Part shown: piece by piece, positions 1-7,290 of the stretch
Numbering within the stretch: the first letter of the stretch is position 1
Layout: each line of letters opens with the position of its first letter
Assembly: GCA_964503315.1 (NCBI GenBank)
Contig: CAZCZL010000001.1
Span: 186,514-250,513 of the forward strand
Length of the DNA stretch: 64,000 nucleotides
Source: an uncultured Ignavibacteriales bacterium
GTDB taxonomy: Bacteria > Zixibacteria > MSB-5A5 > GN15 > FEB-12
Direction: 5' to 3'
Notes under the pieces: model-generated
The model's input: only the letters and a program-made list of their open reading frames with translations
The model's database searches: none
Told to the model about the DNA's origin: nothing
Program-made: the position numbers and the translations under genes

Positions 1-186
1 GGTGACTCCCTGGAACGAGACCAAGATACCGGCTCTCGTCAGATCCTTGAGGATCTTGGCGAGGAATTCGCGCGGAATAGACTCAGCTTCGGCGATAGAA
101 TTGATGGAGCCCAACTTCCCTTTGGGCAGAGACGAGATGTGCCGGATGGCGCGGAGGGCGTAATCGGCTTTGCGAGACAACTGCAT
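1..186 (-). CDS. Rrf2-family transcriptional regulator (IscR/NsrR-like). Only the N-terminal 62 codons are present; the rest lies beyond the window start.
   Basis: My own reverse translation from the ATG at 186-184 gives MQLSRKADYALRAIRHISSLPKGKLGSINSIAEAESIPREFLAKILKDLTRAGILVSFQGVT, a typical Rrf2 winged-HTH N-terminus. It is divergent from the Fe-S genes. It is absent from the ORF track because it is truncated. Confidence 0.8.
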   Translation of the reverse strand, partial: MQLSRKADYALRAIRHISSLPKGKLGSINSIAEAESIPREFLAKILKDLTRAGILVSFQGVT

Positions 187-518
187 GTTTTATATTCCTT
201 TATCGGACAACGAGTTATTCAATATGGACGGCAATTAACATTTATCACTTCTTCCATTATTGACGCGGATAATAGTAAAAAAGATGCCCTTAGTCCACAA
301 CATTATTGACAAAAAGGCATTTTTTTGGCCATTTCCTTGCCGCTAATGTAGATAAGTAGACTCCCAATAACTAGTATTCCCTTAGAGACCTTGATAACCT
401 ACTAAGAAAGGTCTCAGCCAGCCAGGACCTTGGTCGAAAGAGCCAGCCAAGAAAATTTTTTGGCCCCGGTGAACCTTCTGAATCCATTGTTGTTATCTGG
501 TTAGGTCCAGCCGATAAC

Positions 519-548
519 TTGGACAAATATGAGCTATTAACGTATATA
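519..548 (+). promoter_or_regulatory. Candidate sigma70-type promoter for the iscA-fdx unit
   Basis: TTGGAC (519-524), an 18-nt spacer, then TATATA (543-548), about 16 nt upstream of ATG 565. Motif match only. Confidence 0.3.
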
Positions 549-564
549 TGGAGATGCCAGTAGT

Positions 565-924
565 ATGACTGAACAGACCCAATCCGGTACTACCGAACAG
601 GTTATCTTCGTCACTCCGGATGCCGTGGCGGAAGTTAAGCGACTGATTGCCGAAGAGAATGAAGAGGGGCTCTTCCTGCGCCTCGGCGTAGCGGCCGGCG
701 GCTGCTCGGGGATGTCCTATTCGATGTCGTTCGATAACGCCCCCCAGGAGTTTGATCGGGAGTTCGATTTTGACGGCCTCAAGGTTCGGGTCGACCTGAA
801 GGCTCTCATGTACCTCGCCGGGACCACGCTTGATTACAAGGGTGGTCTGATGGGCGGAGGCTTCCAGTTCAGTAATCCCAAGGCGAAGCGCTCTTGCGGG
901 TGCGGTTCGTCATTCAGTTGTTGA
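565..924 (+). CDS. iscA: Iron-sulfur cluster insertion/carrier protein, HesB/IscA/ErpA family
   Basis: 119 aa. Cys in GGCSGMSY plus a C-terminal CGCGSSF give the IscA/HesB three-cysteine signature. Confidence 0.9.
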   Translation: MTEQTQSGTTEQVIFVTPDAVAEVKRLIAEENEEGLFLRLGVAAGGCSGMSYSMSFDNAPQEFDREFDFDGLKVRVDLKALMYLAGTTLDYKGGLMGGGFQFSNPKAKRSCGCGSSFSC

Positions 925-959
925 TGTCACACTCGCCTGACCGGGTTTGGTGATACCGC

Positions 960-1220
960 GTGACATTCGACATTCTTGATCCCAAGGAATTCATGACTGA
1001 AGGCATCCTGTTAGAGGATGCCTTCATCGAAAAAGCCTCGCGCTTTGACTGGTCGCAGTACACAGGGAAAAAAGTATTGGTACGCGGCTGTTCCTCCACT
1101 ATTATTCCGCCCTGGGTGTATATGTACATCACCGCCCGCCTCTCTGGCGTGGCGAAGTCGATCCGGTTTGGCAATGAGCACAGCAATATTGTGGTCTATC
1201 GAGCCGGAGGTGCCGAGTGA
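960..1220 (+). CDS. Small DUF2480-like protein (Fe-S locus associated)
   Basis: 86 aa with a GTG start. FDWSQYTGKKVLVRGCSSTIIPPWVYMYI resembles my recollection of DUF2480 proteins found next to Fe-S assembly genes in FCB bacteria. It is shorter than typical members. Not searched. Confidence 0.45.
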   Translation: MTFDILDPKEFMTEGILLEDAFIEKASRFDWSQYTGKKVLVRGCSSTIIPPWVYMYITARLSGVAKSIRFGNEHSNIVVYRAGGAE

Positions 1221-1288
1221 TGACACCACTTTCCGGGAACAGTGCGACTCCGATCGAGTTAGTGGAGTCTGTAGGAGAAGTCAGTCGA

Positions 1289-1606
1289 ATGCCAAAAGTT
1301 CGTTTTCTGCCGATGGATATAGAGGTCGAGGTCCCCGAGGGGACCGCGGTACTCGACGCGGCGCTTAATAACAATATCCAGATCGATCACAACTGCGGCG
1401 GCAATTGCGCATGCTCAACCTGCCATATCATCATCGAGAAAGGATTCGAAACGCTGAATCCGGTTACCGAGGATGAGATGGATATGTTGGATGAAGCGGA
1501 AGGATTGACCGACCACTCGCGGTTGGCCTGTCAGTGTAAGATAAAATCCGATTTGATCGTGAAGATCCCGCCCAAGGAATCTACCTGGGAGAACGATACG
1601 TTTTAA
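1289..1606 (+). CDS. fdx: 2Fe-2S ferredoxin (Fdx/adrenodoxin type)
   Basis: The ORF track gives 1217-1606. An AGGAGA Shine-Dalgarno sequence precedes ATG 1289 (MPKVRFLP...). CGGNCACSTCH plus LACQC supply the four Cys ligands. Confidence 0.9.
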   Translation: MPKVRFLPMDIEVEVPEGTAVLDAALNNNIQIDHNCGGNCACSTCHIIIEKGFETLNPVTEDEMDMLDEAEGLTDHSRLACQCKIKSDLIVKIPPKESTWENDTF

Positions 1607-1612
1607 GAAGAG

Positions 1613-1639
1613 GCCGAGTCTGATGACTCGGCTTTTTTT
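1613..1639 (+). terminator. Rho-independent terminator after fdx
   Basis: GCCGAGTC-tgat-GACTCGGC forms a perfect 8-bp stem followed by T7. It starts 7 nt after the fdx TAA. Confidence 0.85.
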
Positions 1640-1769
1640 ATGCGATACTGCCTCAAATCGGTACCTGGGACAGATTCCCCTGCCACCTGCATTCGCCATT
1701 GTCTTTCAGCTACTTACCCGCTCAACGGTATTCCGTTTCTGCCGATACTACAGAGAAGCGGAAAACTGT

Positions 1770-2519
1770 ATGCAAATTCGAGTCAACAACTACGGGTATA
1801 CCCTTGTCGAACTGGTCATCACGCTGGTGATCATTGGGATTCTGGCGACGGTCGCGATGCGGTCGTTGCGAACAACCAATGAAGTCGCCAAGACAGAGAA
1901 GACCAAACAGGCTTTGGAGCGAATCGCGCAGGCTATAGTCGGAACGCAATCCAGCCAAGGCGGAACGAGTGGTTCCACGGATGGGTATCTAGGCGATGTT
2001 GGAGCGTTGCCACCTAATCTCGATGCTCTGGTGACCAATCCGGGAGGGTACAGCAGTTGGCGGGGTCCGTATATCACCGATCAGTTCAGCCTTGGCGGCG
2101 CGCCATCGATCTTCAAGCAGGATGGATGGGGCTCATCGATAGGTTATTCAGGGGGGTTGACACTGACCTCGAATGGCGGTGGCACAACGCTGACGCGTGA
2201 ACTGGCATCTAACCTGAATGACCTGCTGCGTAATCAAATTAACGCGGTTGTTGTCGATGCCGGGCGAACGCCACCGGGACCGCTCTATAAAGATTCACTT
2301 CGGGTGCAGGTCGTGGTACCGAATGGTGTTGGGGGATGGAGTACCAAGACGAAATATCCGAACGCCAACGGCGAAGTCGTCTTTGATTCGATCCCCGTCG
2401 GATTACATGATGTTCGGGCGATCTACCTGCCATCGAACGATACTTTGCGCCGCAAACTTGCTGTCGTACCCGGGTCTTCCCCCTATGTCGAACTGACCAT
2501 GCCACAGGAGTTGTGGTGA
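1770..2519 (+). CDS. Prepilin-type N-terminal cleavage/methylation protein, GspG-like paralog 1
   Basis: The ORF track starts at 1623, inside the terminator hairpin. In-frame ATG 1770 gives MQIRVNNYG|YTLVELVITLVIIGILA, a class III signal peptide with Gly-1 and Glu+5. It shares the blocks GDVGALPPNLDALVTNPGGY..W.GPYI and DGWG..IGYSGG with the next three genes. Confidence 0.85.
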   Translation: MQIRVNNYGYTLVELVITLVIIGILATVAMRSLRTTNEVAKTEKTKQALERIAQAIVGTQSSQGGTSGSTDGYLGDVGALPPNLDALVTNPGGYSSWRGPYITDQFSLGGAPSIFKQDGWGSSIGYSGGLTLTSNGGGTTLTRELASNLNDLLRNQINAVVVDAGRTPPGPLYKDSLRVQVVVPNGVGGWSTKTKYPNANGEVVFDSIPVGLHDVRAIYLPSNDTLRRKLAVVPGSSPYVELTMPQELW

Positions 2520-3748
2520 TGCGAATCAGGCGCGAACAAGGGTTTGGATTTGTGGAACTGCTCGTACTGATCGTGATTGTCGGTATCCTGACATCCGTAG
2601 CCATGCGGAGTATGACCGGACTGGTCGAGGACAACAAAGAAGTGACGACCGAGTTAGAGATGGAGATGCTGGCGAACGGAATCGTCGGCGACCCGAATAG
2701 GACAACCAACAATATGCGGTCGGATTTTGGTTATGTGGGTGATGTCGGTGCGTTCCCGCCGTCGCTGAACGCGCTTTATGCGAATCCAGGCTATGCCACC
2801 TGGGATGGCCCGTACATCCCGTCCAGTTACGCGCAGGATACGACAAGCTACCGGCTGGATAGTTGGGGAACACCGTACACATACTCGGGAGGTCTCAGCA
2901 TCACCAGCACCGGGAGTGGGAGTACTATCAGCAAGAAGATCGCTGACAACACCTCTGATTACCTGCGCAACCAGTTTGCGGGAATCGTGGCCGACGCCAA
3001 TGACTCACTGCCGGGAACGATCAAGAAAGACTCGGTTCGCGTGCGCGTGACCTTTCCGAATGGAGCCGGTGGCACCTCTGCCAAAAACTACACGCCCTCA
3101 GCCGTCGGCGAATTTCTGCTAGACTCAATTCCCGCAGGGATACACCCTCTACAAGTGATATACCTTCCCCAGAATGATACGCTGGCGCGACAGATAACTA
3201 TATTACCGCGACACCAGAACACCGACCCACCAATATTCAAGTTCTCCGCCGGGTATTTTGGCGGGAGCAGTAGCGGATGCGGCCTATCGGTGACGATCCG
3301 TCCGAATGGATCCGGAAGTGAAGATGAGTTGAGTGGGTGTTCGAGTGCCAACTGGCAGTGCGTGGATGAAGTTGCGGCAGACGAAGCGACGACAGTAGTG
3401 CAGCGGGCATCAAACTCATGGGCGTCCGATCTTTATGCGTTGTCCGATCCGGCTGCCGGCGCGTGCACGCCATCAAGAGTCACGGTGTATATCCGCTGTC
3501 GACGGGCGCAAAGTCAAGGTGACGCACGTCCGACCATTCGAGTCAATGGAACCACCTACACCGGGGCATCCAATGCCTTGTCATCCAGCTGGACCAACTA
3601 CTCGCACATCTGGACCTCCAATCCATCGACCAATGCTGCCTGGACCTGGAGCGATATAAACAACTTGCAGGCGGGCGTGGACCTTCGCGGCCAGAACTCG
3701 AATTTCCCGGCCTACTGTACACAGGTCTGGGTGGTGGTGGAGTACTAG
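2519..3748 (+). CDS. Prepilin-type protein, GspG-like paralog 2, with a ~170-aa Cys-containing C-terminal extension
   Basis: The ORF track gives 2513 (GTG). ATG 2519 overlaps the paralog-1 stop (TGATG). MRIRREQG|FGFVELLVLIVIVGIL, DFGYVGDVGAFPPSLNAL, DSWGTPYTYSGG. Confidence 0.85.
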   Translation: MRIRREQGFGFVELLVLIVIVGILTSVAMRSMTGLVEDNKEVTTELEMEMLANGIVGDPNRTTNNMRSDFGYVGDVGAFPPSLNALYANPGYATWDGPYIPSSYAQDTTSYRLDSWGTPYTYSGGLSITSTGSGSTISKKIADNTSDYLRNQFAGIVADANDSLPGTIKKDSVRVRVTFPNGAGGTSAKNYTPSAVGEFLLDSIPAGIHPLQVIYLPQNDTLARQITILPRHQNTDPPIFKFSAGYFGGSSSGCGLSVTIRPNGSGSEDELSGCSSANWQCVDEVAADEATTVVQRASNSWASDLYALSDPAAGACTPSRVTVYIRCRRAQSQGDARPTIRVNGTTYTGASNALSSSWTNYSHIWTSNPSTNAAWTWSDINNLQAGVDLRGQNSNFPAYCTQVWVVVEY

Positions 3749-3752
3749 TCAA

Positions 3753-4937
3753 ATGCGATCGATGCATTATAGCCGTGGATTGGGCCAGCGAGGCTTCACA
3801 CTCATCGAAGTCGTCATTGTGCTGGTGATAGCGGGAATCCTGATGACGGTGGCGATGCGGTCTGGAAAGTCGATCTCGGAGAGTGCCAAGATTGAAGAGA
3901 CAAAGCAGGAAATGGATCTTATCGCGTCAGCGATCGTGGGTAATCCCCAATTGACAACCAATGGAACGAGATCCGACTTCGGATATGTGGGTGACGTTGG
4001 CGCTTTACCTTCCAATCTGTCAGCGTTGACGACCAACCCCGGCTACGCGACCTGGAAGGGACCGTACTTGCGGAGTTCGTTTGCACAGTTGTCCTCGGAC
4101 TTGGGTACGGACGCGTGGGGAAGCGCCTACGCCTATTCAGGGGGTGTAACGCTTCAGTCCTCCGGTTCGGGAAGTTCGATCATAAGGACACTGGCTCCAT
4201 CGACTACGGCATTGCTGCGAAACTCATTGAGTGGATCGATCACTGATTTTGATGGTACGCCACCGGGGGTAACCTACAGGGATTCGGTCACTCTGCGACT
4301 GCGATATCCGAATGGATCGGGTGGAACGGCAACTCGGGTAAAGCATCCTACTGAGGATGGATACTATAGCTTTGATTCACTGCCTGTGGGGCACCATACG
4401 CTTGAGGTGATTTACGAACCGCTGGATGACACCTTGCAGAGGATCGTTACGATTCTTCCGTCGTCCTCGGCGAATGCGGATCAGCGGCTCACGCAGAATC
4501 TCTGGACCTATGGTTCGCTCTTCACGGGAGGAGCAGGCGGTGGAGTGTTGGTGCATGTACCGAATTCGGATACCGCGCGGGGTCAAGGGAGCCACTGCGA
4601 CGGATTCCTGTTCTGGGTGCAGAATCCGGGGACGTCGTCGGTGAATATCACCAGTCTCACCGCGACATGGAGCGCGCCAACAGGATACTACACCAAAATA
4701 CGAGTTGGTGGGCGGACGGCGTACAATCGCTCGCAATCGCGCAAAGGGAGCGGCGAACTAACGACTTTTTCGCGAACCCAGACGATCCGTGCGGGTCAAT
4801 CAGTACGTATTTGGGTGGACGGCATGCGCGCCTCGCGATCCGGAAACAGCGCGCGAGTTCCGATGAGTAATACTACTCTGCAAATATCGCTCTCTGATGG
4901 TTCTTCGTTCTCTGTGGTCACGGCGGGGTGCATGTGA
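3753..4937 (+). CDS. Prepilin-type protein, GspG-like paralog 3, with a ~145-aa C-terminal extension
   Basis: MRSMHYSRGLGQRG|FTLIEVVIVLVIAGIL, DFGYVGDVGALPSNLSAL, DAWGSAYAYSGG. The core ends at ..QNLW, as paralogs 1 and 4 end in ELW/DLW, and an extra module follows. Confidence 0.85.
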   Translation: MRSMHYSRGLGQRGFTLIEVVIVLVIAGILMTVAMRSGKSISESAKIEETKQEMDLIASAIVGNPQLTTNGTRSDFGYVGDVGALPSNLSALTTNPGYATWKGPYLRSSFAQLSSDLGTDAWGSAYAYSGGVTLQSSGSGSSIIRTLAPSTTALLRNSLSGSITDFDGTPPGVTYRDSVTLRLRYPNGSGGTATRVKHPTEDGYYSFDSLPVGHHTLEVIYEPLDDTLQRIVTILPSSSANADQRLTQNLWTYGSLFTGGAGGGVLVHVPNSDTARGQGSHCDGFLFWVQNPGTSSVNITSLTATWSAPTGYYTKIRVGGRTAYNRSQSRKGSGELTTFSRTQTIRAGQSVRIWVDGMRASRSGNSARVPMSNTTLQISLSDGSSFSVVTAGCM

Positions 4938-5671
4938 TGACAAATGATGTTCGAAATCAAGCAGGCTTCACGCTGATAGAATTGGTCATCACGATCATTA
5001 TTATCGGGATCGTGAGCGGCGTGGCGGTCAGGCAGATGGGAGCGTCGTTATCGACTGCGCAGGCAGAACAAACGAAGGTGGAGATGGAAGCGCTGGTGGA
5101 GGCGATGGTAGGAAATCCCGCCGCCTACAGTTCCGGAGCGCGAGTAGATTTTGGCTATGTAGGAGATGTGGGCGCGCTCCCGACCAATCTTGATGCGCTT
5201 GTCCAGAATCCGGGAGGATATTCGACCTGGCAGGGACCGTATATCAGTCAGGGGAAAAATGCTGGAGATTTCAAGACCGATGGCTGGGGTTCGGTCTATA
5301 TTCTTCAAGATACCCTCATTCGTTCCACCGGATCAGGGAGCAATATTGACAAGATATTCGCGGGCTCGACAAATGATCTGCTGGGTAACAGCATTACCGG
5401 TGTTGTGCTTGACGCGAAAATGAGTCCACCCGGGGCGATGGCGGAGTCGCTGCTGATAGAACTTCCCTACCCGAATGGAACTGGCGGGACGGCAATTGCG
5501 TCGATCAATCCCGAGAGCTCCGGTTCGTTTACGTTGACTGGAATTCCGATCGGTGTGCGTCAACTTCGAGTTATCTACCTGCCAATGACGGATACGGTTT
5601 CGCTGACTGTTACTATTTACCCAAAAAAAACCACCTCATTCGAGGTGGTCTTCCCTGCCGATCTGTGGTAG
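4937..5671 (+). CDS. Prepilin-type protein, GspG-like paralog 4
   Basis: The ORF track gives 4928 (GTG). ATG 4937 overlaps the paralog-3 stop (TGATG). MTNDVRNQAG|FTLIELVITIIIIGIV, DFGYVGDVGALPTNLDALVQNPGGYSTWQGPYI. Confidence 0.85.
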   Translation: MTNDVRNQAGFTLIELVITIIIIGIVSGVAVRQMGASLSTAQAEQTKVEMEALVEAMVGNPAAYSSGARVDFGYVGDVGALPTNLDALVQNPGGYSTWQGPYISQGKNAGDFKTDGWGSVYILQDTLIRSTGSGSNIDKIFAGSTNDLLGNSITGVVLDAKMSPPGAMAESLLIELPYPNGTGGTAIASINPESSGSFTLTGIPIGVRQLRVIYLPMTDTVSLTVTIYPKKTTSFEVVFPADLW

Positions 5672-5672
5672 T

Positions 5673-6818
5673 CTAGTCCTCTCGCATCGTCAAGTTGATG
5701 CCGCGCTTCTTGAGTTGCGGCAGGAATAGCGCGGGTGATACGGCGATCTCCTGCGGCTTGACTCCTTTGACGGTGATCTGTCCGGCAGCAGCCATCCACG
5801 CGATAATGGCAGCGGGGAAGGCGGTTGTGCGCATCATAGCGGTGAGACCGGTTTTGGAATCCTGACGGTCGACGATCTCGTAGACAAGTGTCTTGAGTCG
5901 CCCTTCCTTCTCACCTTCGATAGTGATGCGAACCAGCACGAGATCAGGCCCACCGAAATTGAGATTTTTATCGAGCACGGCTTTCAGGACTTCGCGCGGT
6001 GGAACCTGTATTCCGCCGGCGGCAATGGGCTGCCAGGAGGCGAGGCCGATATCGAGCATTGCCTTGAAGAGCTGGCAGTGTCCAGGGTAGCGGATGGTCT
6101 TGTAATCGAGATTTTCAATCTTTCCTTCATAGGTTTCGGGAAGGGTTGACGTACCACCCGAAGTGTAAAAAGCTTCAAGCTTGCCGATGCCATCAAAGCT
6201 CAACAGCTCGATGCCGGTCATCGGGTTGACTGTTTTCTTTTTACCGTCCTCGAGAATGATGCAAGGCTCCCAGTATTCGTTGATGAGTCCTTCGGCGCTG
6301 AAAACCATCTGATAATTGAGCGGCGGCCGCGGAGACTGGGGCAATCCGCCAACCCGGATCTTGACTGCCTGAACTGAAGCGAACTGGCTGATCCCGTCCG
6401 CAGCGATAATCGAGACCATGCCCGGCGCGAGACCACAATCGGGGACGACAGTGATTCCTGCGGCGGCAGCATCGGCATCCATTTCGAGCGCAGTATTAAC
6501 GGCGTCATTATTGCCGCCGAGATCGACCATGTTGCATTTGGCGCGAATCGCGGCGCGAGTCAGTCCGGGGTTGTATTTGTAGGTAACACAGGAGACGAGC
6601 GAATCGTATCCCTGGATGGCCTGAAAGACCGCATCCTCATTGCCGGCATCGAGTTGCGCGGCGACGGCTTTGCCGTCACCATACTTATTGGCGACTTCCT
6701 GCGCCAATTTGGGGTCGATATCGAAGACCCCAACTTTGTCAACTCCGGCGGCCCGGGCGATGTCGAACACCGCCGCGCGACCCATTAATCCAGCTCCAAG
6801 TACCGCTATTTTCATCAA
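5673..6818 (-). CDS. Saccharopine dehydrogenase-family NAD(P)-binding oxidoreductase
   Basis: 381 aa. It has an N-terminal Rossmann motif (KIAVLGAGLMGRA) and the overall Sacchrp_dh N- and C-domain layout. GGAG Shine-Dalgarno sequence. Its stop is 1 nt from the stop of paralog 4 (convergent). Confidence 0.75.
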   Translation of the reverse strand: MMKIAVLGAGLMGRAAVFDIARAAGVDKVGVFDIDPKLAQEVANKYGDGKAVAAQLDAGNEDAVFQAIQGYDSLVSCVTYKYNPGLTRAAIRAKCNMVDLGGNNDAVNTALEMDADAAAAGITVVPDCGLAPGMVSIIAADGISQFASVQAVKIRVGGLPQSPRPPLNYQMVFSAEGLINEYWEPCIILEDGKKKTVNPMTGIELLSFDGIGKLEAFYTSGGTSTLPETYEGKIENLDYKTIRYPGHCQLFKAMLDIGLASWQPIAAGGIQVPPREVLKAVLDKNLNFGGPDLVLVRITIEGEKEGRLKTLVYEIVDRQDSKTGLTAMMRTTAFPAAIIAWMAAAGQITVKGVKPQEIAVSPALFLPQLKKRGINLTMRED

Positions 6819-6945
6819 TTACTCCATTCTGCAGAGAGTCAATATATGCCTGGCGGTCCACTTCGCAATCGGAATCAGCGTGGGTTGAGGAATCGGTCCG
6901 AGAGCCGATAACTGATGAAAGAGCAGTAACTTGTCCGGGGCAACT

Positions 6946-7290
6946 ATGAGTGAAAAGACCGCACAGATGACCCAACCGCAGGCCGCAGTTGATCCGACCG
7001 AGGATCACGCCGCTTGGCAGGCGTTGAAGCCATATATCGGGCACTGCCTGACCATGAATCATGACATCAACAATCCGCTGGCCGGAGTACTCGGCTACTG
7101 CGAGTTCATTCTCATGGATGATGATCTCTCCCCCAGCCATCGCAAACATCTGGAACAGATCGCGGAGTGCGCGGAACGGATCAAGAAGTTGGTCGAAGCG
7201 CTCTGTGATGAGAAGATAGCGTTGGCGGAAAAGATTGATCTGCGTGCGGTGACCGCGGCGTACCAGAAGGTCGCGAAGAAACTAGAGTAG
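6946..7290 (+). CDS. Stand-alone HisKA/DHp-domain protein with no ATPase domain
   Basis: The ORF track gives 6931 (TTG); the first ATG is at 6946. H-box HDINNPLAGVLGYCEFIL is followed by a second helix HLEQIAECAERIKKLVEAL. The protein is ~114 aa in total. Confidence 0.7.
   Translation: MSEKTAQMTQPQAAVDPTEDHAAWQALKPYIGHCLTMNHDINNPLAGVLGYCEFILMDDDLSPSHRKHLEQIAECAERIKKLVEALCDEKIALAEKIDLRAVTAAYQKVAKKLE

Noticed and set aside
1681-1696. Possible sigma54 promoter (TGCCAC-ctgca-TTCGC) upstream of the pilin array. Other TGGCAC occurrences are at 12787, 15447 and 47613.
   Set aside because: The critical GG and GC dinucleotides are mismatched or mis-spaced. The other TGGCAC hits lie inside genes and lack TTGC at the correct distance.
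1623-1769. Upstream extension of pilin paralog 1 given by the ORF track (start at 1623)
   Set aside because: ATG 1623 lies inside the loop and stem of the fdx terminator hairpin. The 49 extra residues would precede the class III signal peptide, which must be N-terminal. ATG 1770 is used instead.
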